This document shows positions 31,627-40,349 of a stretch of 64,000 nt of DNA, piece by piece; positions within the stretch are counted from its first letter, which is position 1; every line of letters begins with the position of its first letter. The stretch is from Coriobacteriia bacterium (lineage in GTDB: Bacteria; Actinomycetota; Coriobacteriia; Anaerosomatales; JAJZPX01): the NCBI GenBank assembly GCA_036504755.1, contig DASXUP010000007.1, positions 209,687 through 273,686 on the forward strand, in the 5' to 3' direction. The position numbers and the translations under genes are program-made. Below the pieces are notes generated by a model. That model was not told where the DNA came from, did no database searches, and worked only from the letters and a program-made list of their open reading frames with translations.

Positions 31627-33039
31627 CTTGGGTTTCGGGAACTCCTTGCGCCAGTCCTTGCCGACGATCACCAGGATGTCGGTCTTGAACTGGTAAAGGC
31701 TCGAGCTCTTGACGACCGTGCCGAAGCCGAGGGTCTCATGGACGATCTGCGCTTTCGCGTCACTCGTCTTGAAGACGATGAGAGTGTGCTCGAACACCGG
31801 TCGGCCTGTGTTCCCCACCTCGCCGATGCGGAAGCCGTCCTTCTTCAGGAGATCGGCGACCTCCTTCGCCACCCCGGCGGGCCCTCCCCCGTTTCGCACG
31901 GTGATGGTCACCGCCTGAGGCGAGACCGCCGCCTTCGGTGAAAGACTCGCGGCGGTGGACTCGAGCGACTCGCCGGACTCCATCCTGCGCACGAGCTCCA
32001 TCAGCGCCGGCCTGTCCGGGATCACGAAGCTCACGCCGTTGATGTACTTCGCATCGCCGGGTGCCATCGCAGTCGAAAGACCGCCCTGCTCCATTCCCTT
32101 GAAGTCCGCCGCGAGGTTGAGCATCTGCGGTACCGACAGATCGGTGGTGACGTTGTTGACCACGGCGTCCACTATCTTCGGCAGGTTCACGATGTTGCCC
32201 GCCGTGAACGTCTTCTTCGCCAGCGCCTTCATGAAGATCTGCTGGTCCTTGATCCTCGTGAAGTCGCCGTCGGCGAAGTGGCGCGAGCGGACGAAGGTGA
32301 GCGCATGGTCGCCGTCGAGCCACTGGACGCCCTTGTTGACGACCTTCGCGCGCCAGTTGTGGTCCGCGGCCTTGCTGTCCACGATGCGCTCCGGCACGTC
32401 CACGGTGACGCCGCCGACAGCGTTCACGAGGTCCTTGAACCCGTTGAAGTCGACCTCCATGTAGTGGCTGATCGGCAGCCCGGTGTACTCCTTGACGGTC
32501 CGGATGACCAGCGTCGCGCCACCGAGTTGCATAGCCGAGTTGATCTTCTGCTTGCCGTGCCCGGGGATGTCCACCCTCGTATCGCGCGGGATCGAGAGAA
32601 GGCTGACCTTCCTGCGCGGCGGGTCCACGTACGCGATCATGAGCGTGTCCGAACGCGCCCGCAGCTCCTCCGGCCGTTTGTCCTCGCCCATCAGCACCAT
32701 GTAGAAGGGGTCGCCCGGAGGTCGGGCGCTCTCCTTCAGGCTGGCGGCAAGGCCGGGGTTCTTCTTCTCCCCCTCCTTCTCGATGCGCCCCTTCACGCTC
32801 TGGTAGTAGGCGAACCCCGCGGCCGCGCCGATCAGCACGAGCAGCACGAGGACGGCGAGGCACCCGAGGGCCGTCCGCCTCGTGCGCTGACGCCGCCTCG
32901 CCATCTCGGCAGGGCTGAGGCGCACCTCGCGCTGACGCCGGTTCGCCTCGCGCATCGTCTCGCGCGAGCCGCTCACCGGCTCCAGTCTGTCTATCTCGCG
33001 CGGGACGCCGTTGCGCCGCGGGCTGGAATGTCTTCCCAT
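31621..33039 (-). CDS. LytR-CpsA-Psr (LCP) family glycopolymer transferase with a C-terminal LytR_C-like domain
   Basis: Cytoplasmic N-tail, one TM segment, then SDTLMIAYVDPPRRKVSLLSIPRDTRVDIPGHGKQKINSA...GLPISHYMEVDFNGFKDLVNAVGGVTVDV. Confidence 0.9.
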   Translation of the reverse strand: MGRHSSPRRNGVPREIDRLEPVSGSRETMREANRRQREVRLSPAEMARRRQRTRRTALGCLAVLVLLVLIGAAAGFAYYQSVKGRIEKEGEKKNPGLAASLKESARPPGDPFYMVLMGEDKRPEELRARSDTLMIAYVDPPRRKVSLLSIPRDTRVDIPGHGKQKINSAMQLGGATLVIRTVKEYTGLPISHYMEVDFNGFKDLVNAVGGVTVDVPERIVDSKAADHNWRAKVVNKGVQWLDGDHALTFVRSRHFADGDFTRIKDQQIFMKALAKKTFTAGNIVNLPKIVDAVVNNVTTDLSVPQMLNLAADFKGMEQGGLSTAMAPGDAKYINGVSFVIPDRPALMELVRRMESGESLESTAASLSPKAAVSPQAVTITVRNGGGPAGVAKEVADLLKKDGFRIGEVGNTGRPVFEHTLIVFKTSDAKAQIVHETLGFGTVVKSSSLYQFKTDILVIVGKDWRKEFPKPKP

Positions 33040-33176
33040 TCATCTCTCCTGCGATGGGCCATGACGCGCGACATCACGTCCTGGACGCCACCGTCGGTAT
33101 CCGCGTAATCATACCAATGGGCCGCCATGCTAACACCGCCCGTCGGCGGCGTTTGACCAACCGTGACTTGCCTAGC

Positions 33177-34241
33177 TCATCGGCCGAGGTGGCGCTCGAG
33201 CGCGCCGACCACGGCCTCCGCCGCGTTCCCGTCGCCGTAGACGTCCGGATGCCCGCTTCCCGGCCCCGACGCCGCGACGGCTTCGACGATCGCGTCCGCG
33301 TCCGTCCCGGCCAGCCGGTTCCAGCCGAGCTCGACGGTCTCGGCCCACTCGGTCGTGTCGCGCAGGGTCACGCACGGGACCTCGAAGAAATACGCCTCCT
33401 TCTGCATCCCGCCCGAGTCCGTCAACAGGGCCGCCGCGTTGCGCAGCAGAGCGACGGTCTCTCCGTACGGGAGCGGCTCCGTCGCGCGGACGTTCGCTGG
33501 AAGCGAGCGCATCCCGAAGCGCTCGAGGTTGGCCGCCGTTCGCGGATGTACCGCCCATACCACCGGCAGCGGCAGGCGCCCGAACGCTTCGAGGACCGAG
33601 GCCATCTTCTCCGGCGAGTCGCTCGTGGCCGCGCGGTGCACGGTGGCCAGGTAGTAGCGGCCGCGCTCGAGCTGCCGCCGGACGAGCACCTCGGCGTCAT
33701 CGGAGCGCTCCGCGAAGAACAGCGCGGTGTCGAGCATCACGTCGCCGACGAGCTCGACGCCGGCGGTGATCCCCTCCGCGGCGAGGTTGCGCACGGCGGT
33801 GGGCGTCGGCGCGAGCAGGAGGTCGGAGACGTGGTCGACCACCACCCGGTTGAGCTCCTCGGGCATCGTGCGGTCGAAGCTACGGAGCCCGGCCTCCACG
33901 TGCGCTACCGGGACGTGCAGCTTCGCCGCGGCGAGACCGCCGGCCAGTGTGGTGTTCGTGTCGCCGTAGACGAGCACGGCATCGGGCGTGAGCTCGAGCA
34001 GCAGCTCCTCCAGCATCCCGAGCATCTCGCCCGTCTGCCGGCCGTGCCCGCCGCTTCCCACCCCGAGGTCGTAGTCCGGGCGGGGGATGTCGAGCTCGGT
34101 GAAGAAGACGTCGGACATCCCGTGGTCGTAGTGCTGTCCGGTATGCACGAGGATCTCGGTGTGCTCGCGGCGCAGCGCGCGGGACACCGCGGCCGCCTTC
34201 ACGAACTGCGGGCGGGCTCCGACGATCGAGACGACTCGCAC
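33177..34241 (-). CDS. wbpI: Non-hydrolysing UDP-N-acetylhexosamine(uronate) 2-epimerase (WbpI/WecB family)
   Basis: VRVVSIVGARPQFVKAAAV, HTGQHYD, VLVYGDTNTTLAG, HVEAGLRSFDRTMPEE, LTDSGGMQKEA. The GTG start at 34241 lies just after the upstream stop. The track ORF is over-extended to 34619. Confidence 0.85.
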   Translation of the reverse strand: MRVVSIVGARPQFVKAAAVSRALRREHTEILVHTGQHYDHGMSDVFFTELDIPRPDYDLGVGSGGHGRQTGEMLGMLEELLLELTPDAVLVYGDTNTTLAGGLAAAKLHVPVAHVEAGLRSFDRTMPEELNRVVVDHVSDLLLAPTPTAVRNLAAEGITAGVELVGDVMLDTALFFAERSDDAEVLVRRQLERGRYYLATVHRAATSDSPEKMASVLEAFGRLPLPVVWAVHPRTAANLERFGMRSLPANVRATEPLPYGETVALLRNAAALLTDSGGMQKEAYFFEVPCVTLRDTTEWAETVELGWNRLAGTDADAIVEAVAASGPGSGHPDVYGDGNAAEAVVGALERHLGR

Positions 34242-34249
34242 TTCGACGC

Positions 34250-35362
34250 CTACCGGAGCGCCGCGCGCACGACGCGCACGACCTCTTCCTGCTGCTCGCG
34301 GGTGATACCGGGGAACGCGGGGAGAGCGAACGTGCGGTCGTCGCAGCTCTCGGAAACGGGCAGCGACGGCGCGACGAAGCCTTCCATCGTGCGGAACACC
34401 TCCTGCTCGTGCAGGGAGAGCGGGTAGTACAGCGCGGTCCCGATCCCGGCGTCGCGGAGTGCTGTCATGACACGCTCCGCCACCTCGGCCGAAGGGGCCT
34501 TGACGATGTAGAGATGGTAGACGGGCACGCCGTAGGCGGCGGATGCGGGCAGCTCGAGCGCGGTACCGGCGAGCAGCTCGTCGTAGACCGCCGCGGCGGC
34601 GCGGCGCTGCTCGTTCCATGCGTCGAGGTGCGGCAGCTTCACCATCAGGATGCCGGCCTGCAACGCGTCGAGCCGGGAGTTCACGCCGAGTGCGTCATGG
34701 TAGTACTTCGTCGACGTGCCGTGGTTCGCGAGCTTACGGCAATGGGCGGCGACCGCGTCGTCGTCGGTCGTGATGATGCCGCCGTCACCTGCCGCGCCGA
34801 GGTTCTTGCTCGGGAAGAAGCTGAACGCCGCCGCGTCCGCGAGCGACCCGGCCTTCTTGCCGCGGTACGTCGCGCCGATGGCCTGGCAGGCGTCCTCGAT
34901 CACCTTCAGGCCGTGCCGTGCCGCGATCCCGTTCACGACGTCCATGTCGACGCACTGGCCGAAGATGTGGACCGGCATGATCGCCTTCGTGCGGCCCGTG
35001 ACGGCGTCCTCGATCTTGGTGACGTCGATGTTGTAGGTCCCCGGCTCGATGTCGACGAAGACGGGCTTCGCGCCGACGTGCGCGATGCTCTCCGCGGTGG
35101 CGTAGAAGGTGAACGGCGTCGTGATCACCTCGTCACCCTCGCCGATCCCCATCGCGTCGAGGATGAGGAAGAGCGCGTCGGTGCCGTTGCCGCACGACAC
35201 CGCGTGCTTGGTGCCGCAGTAGGCGGCTATCGCCTGCTCGAGCTCCTTCACCCTCGGACCGCCGATGAAGGAGGCGTTCGTCATGACGTCGGTCCACACC
35301 GCGTCGAACTCGCCCTTGAGCGACAGGTATTGGGCCTTCAGATCGAGCAGGGGGATGGACAT
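34250..35362 (-). CDS. wbpE: DegT/DnrJ/EryC1/StrS-family PLP sugar aminotransferase (WbpE-like)
   Basis: SCGNGTDAL, IEDACQAIGATYRGKKAG, FSFFPSKNLGAAGDGG, GVNSRLDALQAGIL. By eye it resembles WbpE-type UDP-3-keto-GlcNAcA aminotransferases. Confidence 0.85.
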   Translation of the reverse strand: MSIPLLDLKAQYLSLKGEFDAVWTDVMTNASFIGGPRVKELEQAIAAYCGTKHAVSCGNGTDALFLILDAMGIGEGDEVITTPFTFYATAESIAHVGAKPVFVDIEPGTYNIDVTKIEDAVTGRTKAIMPVHIFGQCVDMDVVNGIAARHGLKVIEDACQAIGATYRGKKAGSLADAAAFSFFPSKNLGAAGDGGIITTDDDAVAAHCRKLANHGTSTKYYHDALGVNSRLDALQAGILMVKLPHLDAWNEQRRAAAAVYDELLAGTALELPASAAYGVPVYHLYIVKAPSAEVAERVMTALRDAGIGTALYYPLSLHEQEVFRTMEGFVAPSLPVSESCDDRTFALPAFPGITREQQEEVVRVVRAALR

Positions 35363-35411
35363 GCCTCGTCTCCTTCAGGTTCGGCGCGGGCCGGCAGCCG
35401 CGCGGCGATGA

Positions 35412-36155
35412 CTACTGGTTCTCGAGCAGCTCCTCGGCCGGCACCTCGCGCACGGGCTTCGCCGGCACACCCATCACGACGGTGCGGGCGGGGACGTCGC
35501 GCGTGACGACGGCACCGGTGGCGATGAAGGCCTCCTCGCCGATCTCGATGCCGGGGAGGATGTGCACGCCGCCGCCCACTCGGGCTCCTCGGCGGATCGT
35601 GGCGCCGCGCATGTGCTTGAAGCGCTCCTGGGTGCGGCCCATGTAGTTGTCGTTGGTGGTCACGACCATCGGAGCGATGAAGACGTCATCCTCGATCACC
35701 ACGTACGCCGTGACGTACGCGCCCGACTGGATCTTCACACGGTCGCCGATCTTGGTGTCGTTCTCGACGGTGACCGAGCGGCCCACCACGACGTCCTCGC
35801 CGATGCGGCAACGCTCTCGCACGCCCGCGTTGTCCCCGACGATGCTGCGCGCGCCGATGGACGTGCCGCTCATCAGCACCGTGTGGCTGCCGATCGAGCA
35901 CTCGTCGCCCACGACGAGCCCGGGCATGTCCACCGTGCCGGCCGCGGTGGAGCTCTTGGCCAGCTTCGGCTTACGGCCGAGGACGGCGAAGTCCGCCACG
36001 GACACACCGTCGCCGAGCCGCGTCCCGCAGCACACCGTCACGTGGTTGCCGAGGCTGACGTTCGCGCCTATGCGCACGTCATCCTCGACCACCAGGCCGA
36101 TGCCGTGGGTGAAGCCGCCGCCGATCTCGGCGCCGGGGGAGATGCGGTCGCACAT
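35412..36155 (-). CDS. wbpD: Left-handed beta-helix (hexapeptide) N-acetyltransferase (WbpD-like)
   Basis: Repeated [LIV]-G-x4 hexapeptides throughout (IGANVSLGNHVTV, IGARSIVGDNAGV, IGDRVKIQSGAYV). Confidence 0.8.
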   Translation of the reverse strand: MCDRISPGAEIGGGFTHGIGLVVEDDVRIGANVSLGNHVTVCCGTRLGDGVSVADFAVLGRKPKLAKSSTAAGTVDMPGLVVGDECSIGSHTVLMSGTSIGARSIVGDNAGVRERCRIGEDVVVGRSVTVENDTKIGDRVKIQSGAYVTAYVVIEDDVFIAPMVVTTNDNYMGRTQERFKHMRGATIRRGARVGGGVHILPGIEIGEEAFIATGAVVTRDVPARTVVMGVPAKPVREVPAEELLENQ

Positions 36156-36158
36156 ACG

Positions 36159-37181
36159 TCAGACCTCCAGGTTAGTGTGAACGGGCGCTCCGCCCTCGGC
36201 CATCGACTCGTCGACCGCCTCCAGGACGCGCACGACACGCAGGCCGTCCCGGCCGTCGCTACGGGGAGCCACACCGGTGCGGCACGCGTCGACGAAGTGC
36301 TGCACCTCGAGGCCGAGCGGCTCGGCGAGCTTCACGTACGGAACGGTGATCGGCCCGAAGCGAAGCGTCAGGTCCTCGCCGTAGGCCATCGCCTCGGCAG
36401 GCTCGACGCCCTTGTCGTAGATCCAGATCTTCTCGGTGGCCTGCATGTCGTCGAACACGAGCATCTTGCGAGTGCCGACGAGCGTGAACTTGCGGACCTT
36501 GTGCGGGTCGAGCCAGCTCACGTGGATGTTGGCCATCCGTCCGCTCGGGAAGTGCAGGTTCGCGAACACCGCGTCCTGGACGCCGTCGTGCAGGTAGGCC
36601 GCCCCCGTGGCGGACACGTAGTCCGGAGCCTCCCCGAGCAGGTACAGCACGATCGAGACGTCGTGGGGCGCGAGCGACCAGAACGCGTTCTCCTCGCTGC
36701 GCACACGGCCGAGGTTGAGGCGCTGCGCGTAGAGGTACAGCACGTCGCCGAGCTCACCCGAGGCGATGTAGTCGCGGATCCAGTTGATCGCGCTGTGATA
36801 CTCCATCAGGTGTCCGACCATGAGCGCGACACCGCGCTCGCCCGCCAGCCGCACCAGGTCCTCGGCGTCCGCCGAGGTGAGCGTGAGCGGCTTCTCGACG
36901 AAAGTGTGCTTTCCCGCCTCGAGCGCCTGGCGCGCGAGCGCGTGATGAGTGGGCGCGGAGGTCGCGATGACGACCGCGTCGACGGCGTGGGCTGTGAGCA
37001 ACTCGCCGAGGTCCGTCGTGACGGGAACCTCGGGGTAGGCCGCCGAAAAGCGCTTCCTGTTCGCCTCGCTCAAGTCGCACACCACCGCGAGCTCGGCGTC
37101 CTTCGCCCGCGCGAGGTTGCGGACGAGGTTCGGGCCCCAGTACCCGTAGCCGGCGACGCCGACGCGCAGGGGCCTGTCCAT
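36159..37181 (-). CDS. wbpB: Gfo/Idh/MocA-family NAD-dependent sugar oxidoreductase (WbpB-like)
   Basis: MDRPLRVGVAGYGYWGPNLVRNL Rossmann start and EKPLTLT motif. The track ORF (36159..37931) is over-extended; the ATG at 37181 follows the upstream stop at 37193. Confidence 0.8.
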   Translation of the reverse strand: MDRPLRVGVAGYGYWGPNLVRNLARAKDAELAVVCDLSEANRKRFSAAYPEVPVTTDLGELLTAHAVDAVVIATSAPTHHALARQALEAGKHTFVEKPLTLTSADAEDLVRLAGERGVALMVGHLMEYHSAINWIRDYIASGELGDVLYLYAQRLNLGRVRSEENAFWSLAPHDVSIVLYLLGEAPDYVSATGAAYLHDGVQDAVFANLHFPSGRMANIHVSWLDPHKVRKFTLVGTRKMLVFDDMQATEKIWIYDKGVEPAEAMAYGEDLTLRFGPITVPYVKLAEPLGLEVQHFVDACRTGVAPRSDGRDGLRVVRVLEAVDESMAEGGAPVHTNLEV

Positions 37182-37192
37182 CCCGCCGGCCA

Positions 37193-38488
37193 CTACAGGC
37201 GGACCACGTTGCCGGCGGGATGCGTCTTCATCGCGTTGCGCGTGTCGAGCACGAGCCGCGCGTGCTGTGCCACCAGGCCGTAGTCGACGCTCTTGTGGTC
37301 CGTGACGATCACGACCGCGTCGGCCGAGGCGAGCAGCTCCGGGGTCAGCGGCGTGCTGGCGAGCTCGCGGTCGCCGACCTTGAAGGACGGCACGTACGGG
37401 TCGTGGTAGACCACCTCGGAGTCCTTCTCCAGCAGCAGCTGCGTCACCTTGATCGCGGGGGATTCGCGCATGTCGTCGATGTCGGCCTTGTACGCCACGC
37501 CGAGCACGAGCACGCGGCTGCCGGCGAGCGACTTGCGGTGGTCGTTCAGCGCCTCCATCAGCCGCTTCACGACGTAGTACGGCATGTACTCGTTCGTCTT
37601 GCCGGCAAGCTCGATGAACTCGGTGTGGAAGTCGTACTCGCGCGCCTTCCAGGAGAGGTAGAACGGATCGATCGGGATGCAGTGACCGCCGAGACCGGGG
37701 CCCGGGTAGAACGGCATGAAGCCGAACGGCTTCGTCTTGGCCGCGTCCACGACCTCCCAGATGTCGATGCCCATACGCTCGGACACCTGCAGCAGCTCGT
37801 TCATGAGCGCTATGTTGACGCAGCGGAAGATGTTCTCCAGAAGCTTCGTCATCTCGGCGGCGCGAGTCCCGGTGACCGGGACGACGGTGTCGATGAAGCG
37901 CGAGTACATCGCGACGGCCGCCTTCGTGCATTCGGGCGTGACGCCCCCGACGACCTTCGGCGTGTTCTTCGTCTGGTACTTCTCGTTGCCGGGGTCGACG
38001 CGCTCCGGGCTGAAGGCGAGGCAGAAGTCGCGTCCGACCTTGAGCCCGCCCGACTCGAGGATCGGCTGTATGACCTCCTCGGTCGTGCCGGGATAGGTGG
38101 TGGACTCGAGCGTCACGAGCATGCCAGGCCGCAAGTAAGGAGTCACCGAACGCGCCGCGCTCTCCATGTAGCTGGTGTCCGGCTCCTTCATGTCGTTGAG
38201 AGGGGTCGGCACGCAGATCACGAGTGCGTCGGCCTCTGCCGCGCGCGAGAAGTCGGTTGTGGCGGCGAGCAGTCCCCGCTCCACCAGCGAAGCGAGCTCG
38301 GATGTCGGCACGTCCGGGATGTAGCTCTCTCCGGCGTTCACGCGCGCCACTTTCTCGGTGCTCACGTCGAAGCCGATGACGCGGTGCCCCGCCTTCGCCA
38401 TCTCGACCGCGAGCGGAAGGCCGACGTAGCCGAGACCGACCACGCCTAGGACGGCCTCACCACTCGCGAGGCGCTCTTCGAGACTCAT
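37193..38488 (-). CDS. wbpA: UDP-N-acetyl-D-hexosamine 6-dehydrogenase (nucleotide-sugar dehydrogenase, WbpA/WecC-like)
   Basis: GVVGLGYVGLPLA, FSPERVDPGN, GGHCIPIDP, GVAYKADIDDMRESPA. Confidence 0.88.
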   Translation of the reverse strand: MSLEERLASGEAVLGVVGLGYVGLPLAVEMAKAGHRVIGFDVSTEKVARVNAGESYIPDVPTSELASLVERGLLAATTDFSRAAEADALVICVPTPLNDMKEPDTSYMESAARSVTPYLRPGMLVTLESTTYPGTTEEVIQPILESGGLKVGRDFCLAFSPERVDPGNEKYQTKNTPKVVGGVTPECTKAAVAMYSRFIDTVVPVTGTRAAEMTKLLENIFRCVNIALMNELLQVSERMGIDIWEVVDAAKTKPFGFMPFYPGPGLGGHCIPIDPFYLSWKAREYDFHTEFIELAGKTNEYMPYYVVKRLMEALNDHRKSLAGSRVLVLGVAYKADIDDMRESPAIKVTQLLLEKDSEVVYHDPYVPSFKVGDRELASTPLTPELLASADAVVIVTDHKSVDYGLVAQHARLVLDTRNAMKTHPAGNVVRL

Positions 38489-38568
38489 GTCCGTTCGATT
38501 CCCTTCGACGGATACGGGAGCGGCAGAGCGGCGGGCCCTGCCTTCGGAAATGCCCGGGGTGGACCCGG

Positions 38569-38991
38569 CTATTTTATCGCAAACATGAGCTCGCCGGAGC
38601 AGGCCAGCTCCTCACCGACGTACGCCTTTGCCTCGCCGAAGCCGAGGGGGCCCCGCTGCCGTGTGATAGCACATTCCATGCGAAGCGTGTCGCCGGGCCT
38701 GACCTGCCGCTTGAAGCGCAGCTTGTCTATCCCGCCGAACAGCGCGATCCTCCCCCGGTTCTCCTCCAGCGAGAGCATGGCCACCGCTCCCGCCTGCGCC
38801 ATCGCCTCGACGATGAGAACGCCGGGCATGACCGCGTATCCGGGGAAGTGGCCCGGGACCCAGAACGCGTCGTCGCGCACGTCGAGTTCGGCGACCGCTC
38901 GCACACCCGGCTGGAGCTCCAGCACGCGGTCCACGAGCAGGAACGGGTCGCGGTGTGGCAGTATCCCCTTGACGGCCTCTCTGTCGAGCAC
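38569..38991 (-). CDS. fabZ: 3-hydroxyacyl-ACP dehydratase FabZ
   Basis: LPHRDPFLLVDRV, FWVPGHFPGYAVMPGVLIVEAMAQ. Confidence 0.92.
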   Translation of the reverse strand: MLDREAVKGILPHRDPFLLVDRVLELQPGVRAVAELDVRDDAFWVPGHFPGYAVMPGVLIVEAMAQAGAVAMLSLEENRGRIALFGGIDKLRFKRQVRPGDTLRMECAITRQRGPLGFGEAKAYVGEELACSGELMFAIK

Positions 38992-39000
38992 GCTTCTCTC

Positions 39001-40272
39001 CTACTCCTCGGAGCCCGCGTCGGCCTCGACGCGGATGTCCGCGCCCAGTGAGGCCAGCTTCGGCACGAAGTCCTCGTAGCCGCGTTCGATGTGGTGGATG
39101 TCGGTCACCGTGGTCGTGCCGTCCGCCGCCAGCCCTGCCAGCACGAGGGCGGCGCCGCCCCGGAGGTCCGTGCAACGCACGGGCGCCGCCGACAGCTGTG
39201 CGACACCTCGGATGAGAGCGTGATGCCCCTCGATCCGGACGTCCGCGCCCATGCGGGAGAGCTCGTCGGCGAACATGAAGCGATTCTCGAAGACGTTCTC
39301 GGTGATGACCGAGCTGCCCTCGGCCGTCGACATGAGCGTCATGAACTGCGCCTGCATGTCCGTCGGGAAGCCCGGGTACGGCAGCGTGGCGACGTCGACC
39401 GGACGGATCGGGCCGCCGCGCGACACGGTGACCCCGTCCTCATGACGCTGGACCGTCACACCGGCCGAGGCGAGCTTCGCGAGCACGATGTCGAGGTGCT
39501 CCGGATCGAAGCCGCGTACGGTCACCGGCCCCTCGTCGAGAGCACCGGCGACGATGAACGTGCCGGCCTCGATACGGTCGCCGACGACGGTGTGCTCGGT
39601 GGGGTGGAGCTCGCCGACGCCTTCGATGGTCACGGTGGAGGTGCACGCGCCTTCGATCCGCGCGCCCATGGAGTTCAGGAAGGCGATCAGATCGCCGATC
39701 TCGGGCTCTCGCGCGGCGTTCTCTATCACGGTGCGGCCGCTCGCCATCGCGCCCGCCATCAGCAGGTTCTCCGTCGCACCCACGCTGGGGAAGTCGAGCG
39801 GCACGACGGCTCCGGCGAGGCCGTCCGGCGCCTCGGCCTCGATGTAGCCGTGGACGACCTCGACGCGCACGCCGAGCGCGCGAAGGCCGTCGATGTGCAT
39901 GTCGATCTTGCGCGACCCGATGTTGCAGCCTCCCGGCAGGGCTACACGGGCACGGCCGAGGCGGGCGACGAGCGACCCGAGGACGCTGGTCGAGGCTCGC
40001 ATGCGGGCCACCATCTCGTACGGCGCCTCGTGCGAGGTCAGAGCCGACGCGTCGATCGACAGCGCGTGGTCCGAGCGCTCGACCGCCGCCCCGAGGCCGG
40101 TGAGCAGGTCCTGCATCACGCCGACGTCGGCGATCGCCGGGACGTTGGTGAGCCGAGACACGCCCGGCGCCAGCAACGCGGCGGCCATGAGCTTGAGAGC
40201 CGAGTTCTTGGCGCCACCCACGCGCACCTCACCGGTGAGCCGGCGGCCACCGGCCACGACGATAGAGGACAT
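39001..40272 (-). CDS. murA: UDP-N-acetylglucosamine 1-carboxyvinyltransferase
   Basis: [61 protein letters not shown]. The track ORF is over-extended to 40557. Confidence 0.95.
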   Translation of the reverse strand: MSSIVVAGGRRLTGEVRVGGAKNSALKLMAAALLAPGVSRLTNVPAIADVGVMQDLLTGLGAAVERSDHALSIDASALTSHEAPYEMVARMRASTSVLGSLVARLGRARVALPGGCNIGSRKIDMHIDGLRALGVRVEVVHGYIEAEAPDGLAGAVVPLDFPSVGATENLLMAGAMASGRTVIENAAREPEIGDLIAFLNSMGARIEGACTSTVTIEGVGELHPTEHTVVGDRIEAGTFIVAGALDEGPVTVRGFDPEHLDIVLAKLASAGVTVQRHEDGVTVSRGGPIRPVDVATLPYPGFPTDMQAQFMTLMSTAEGSSVITENVFENRFMFADELSRMGADVRIEGHHALIRGVAQLSAAPVRCTDLRGGAALVLAGLAADGTTTVTDIHHIERGYEDFVPKLASLGADIRVEADAGSEE

Positions 40273-40349
40273 GCTGCCGGCTCCTTCCCGCTCGGTGTCG
40301 TCCCTCCGGTGGAAGGGTACCACCATGCCGCGCCGCATTCCCGTGTACG

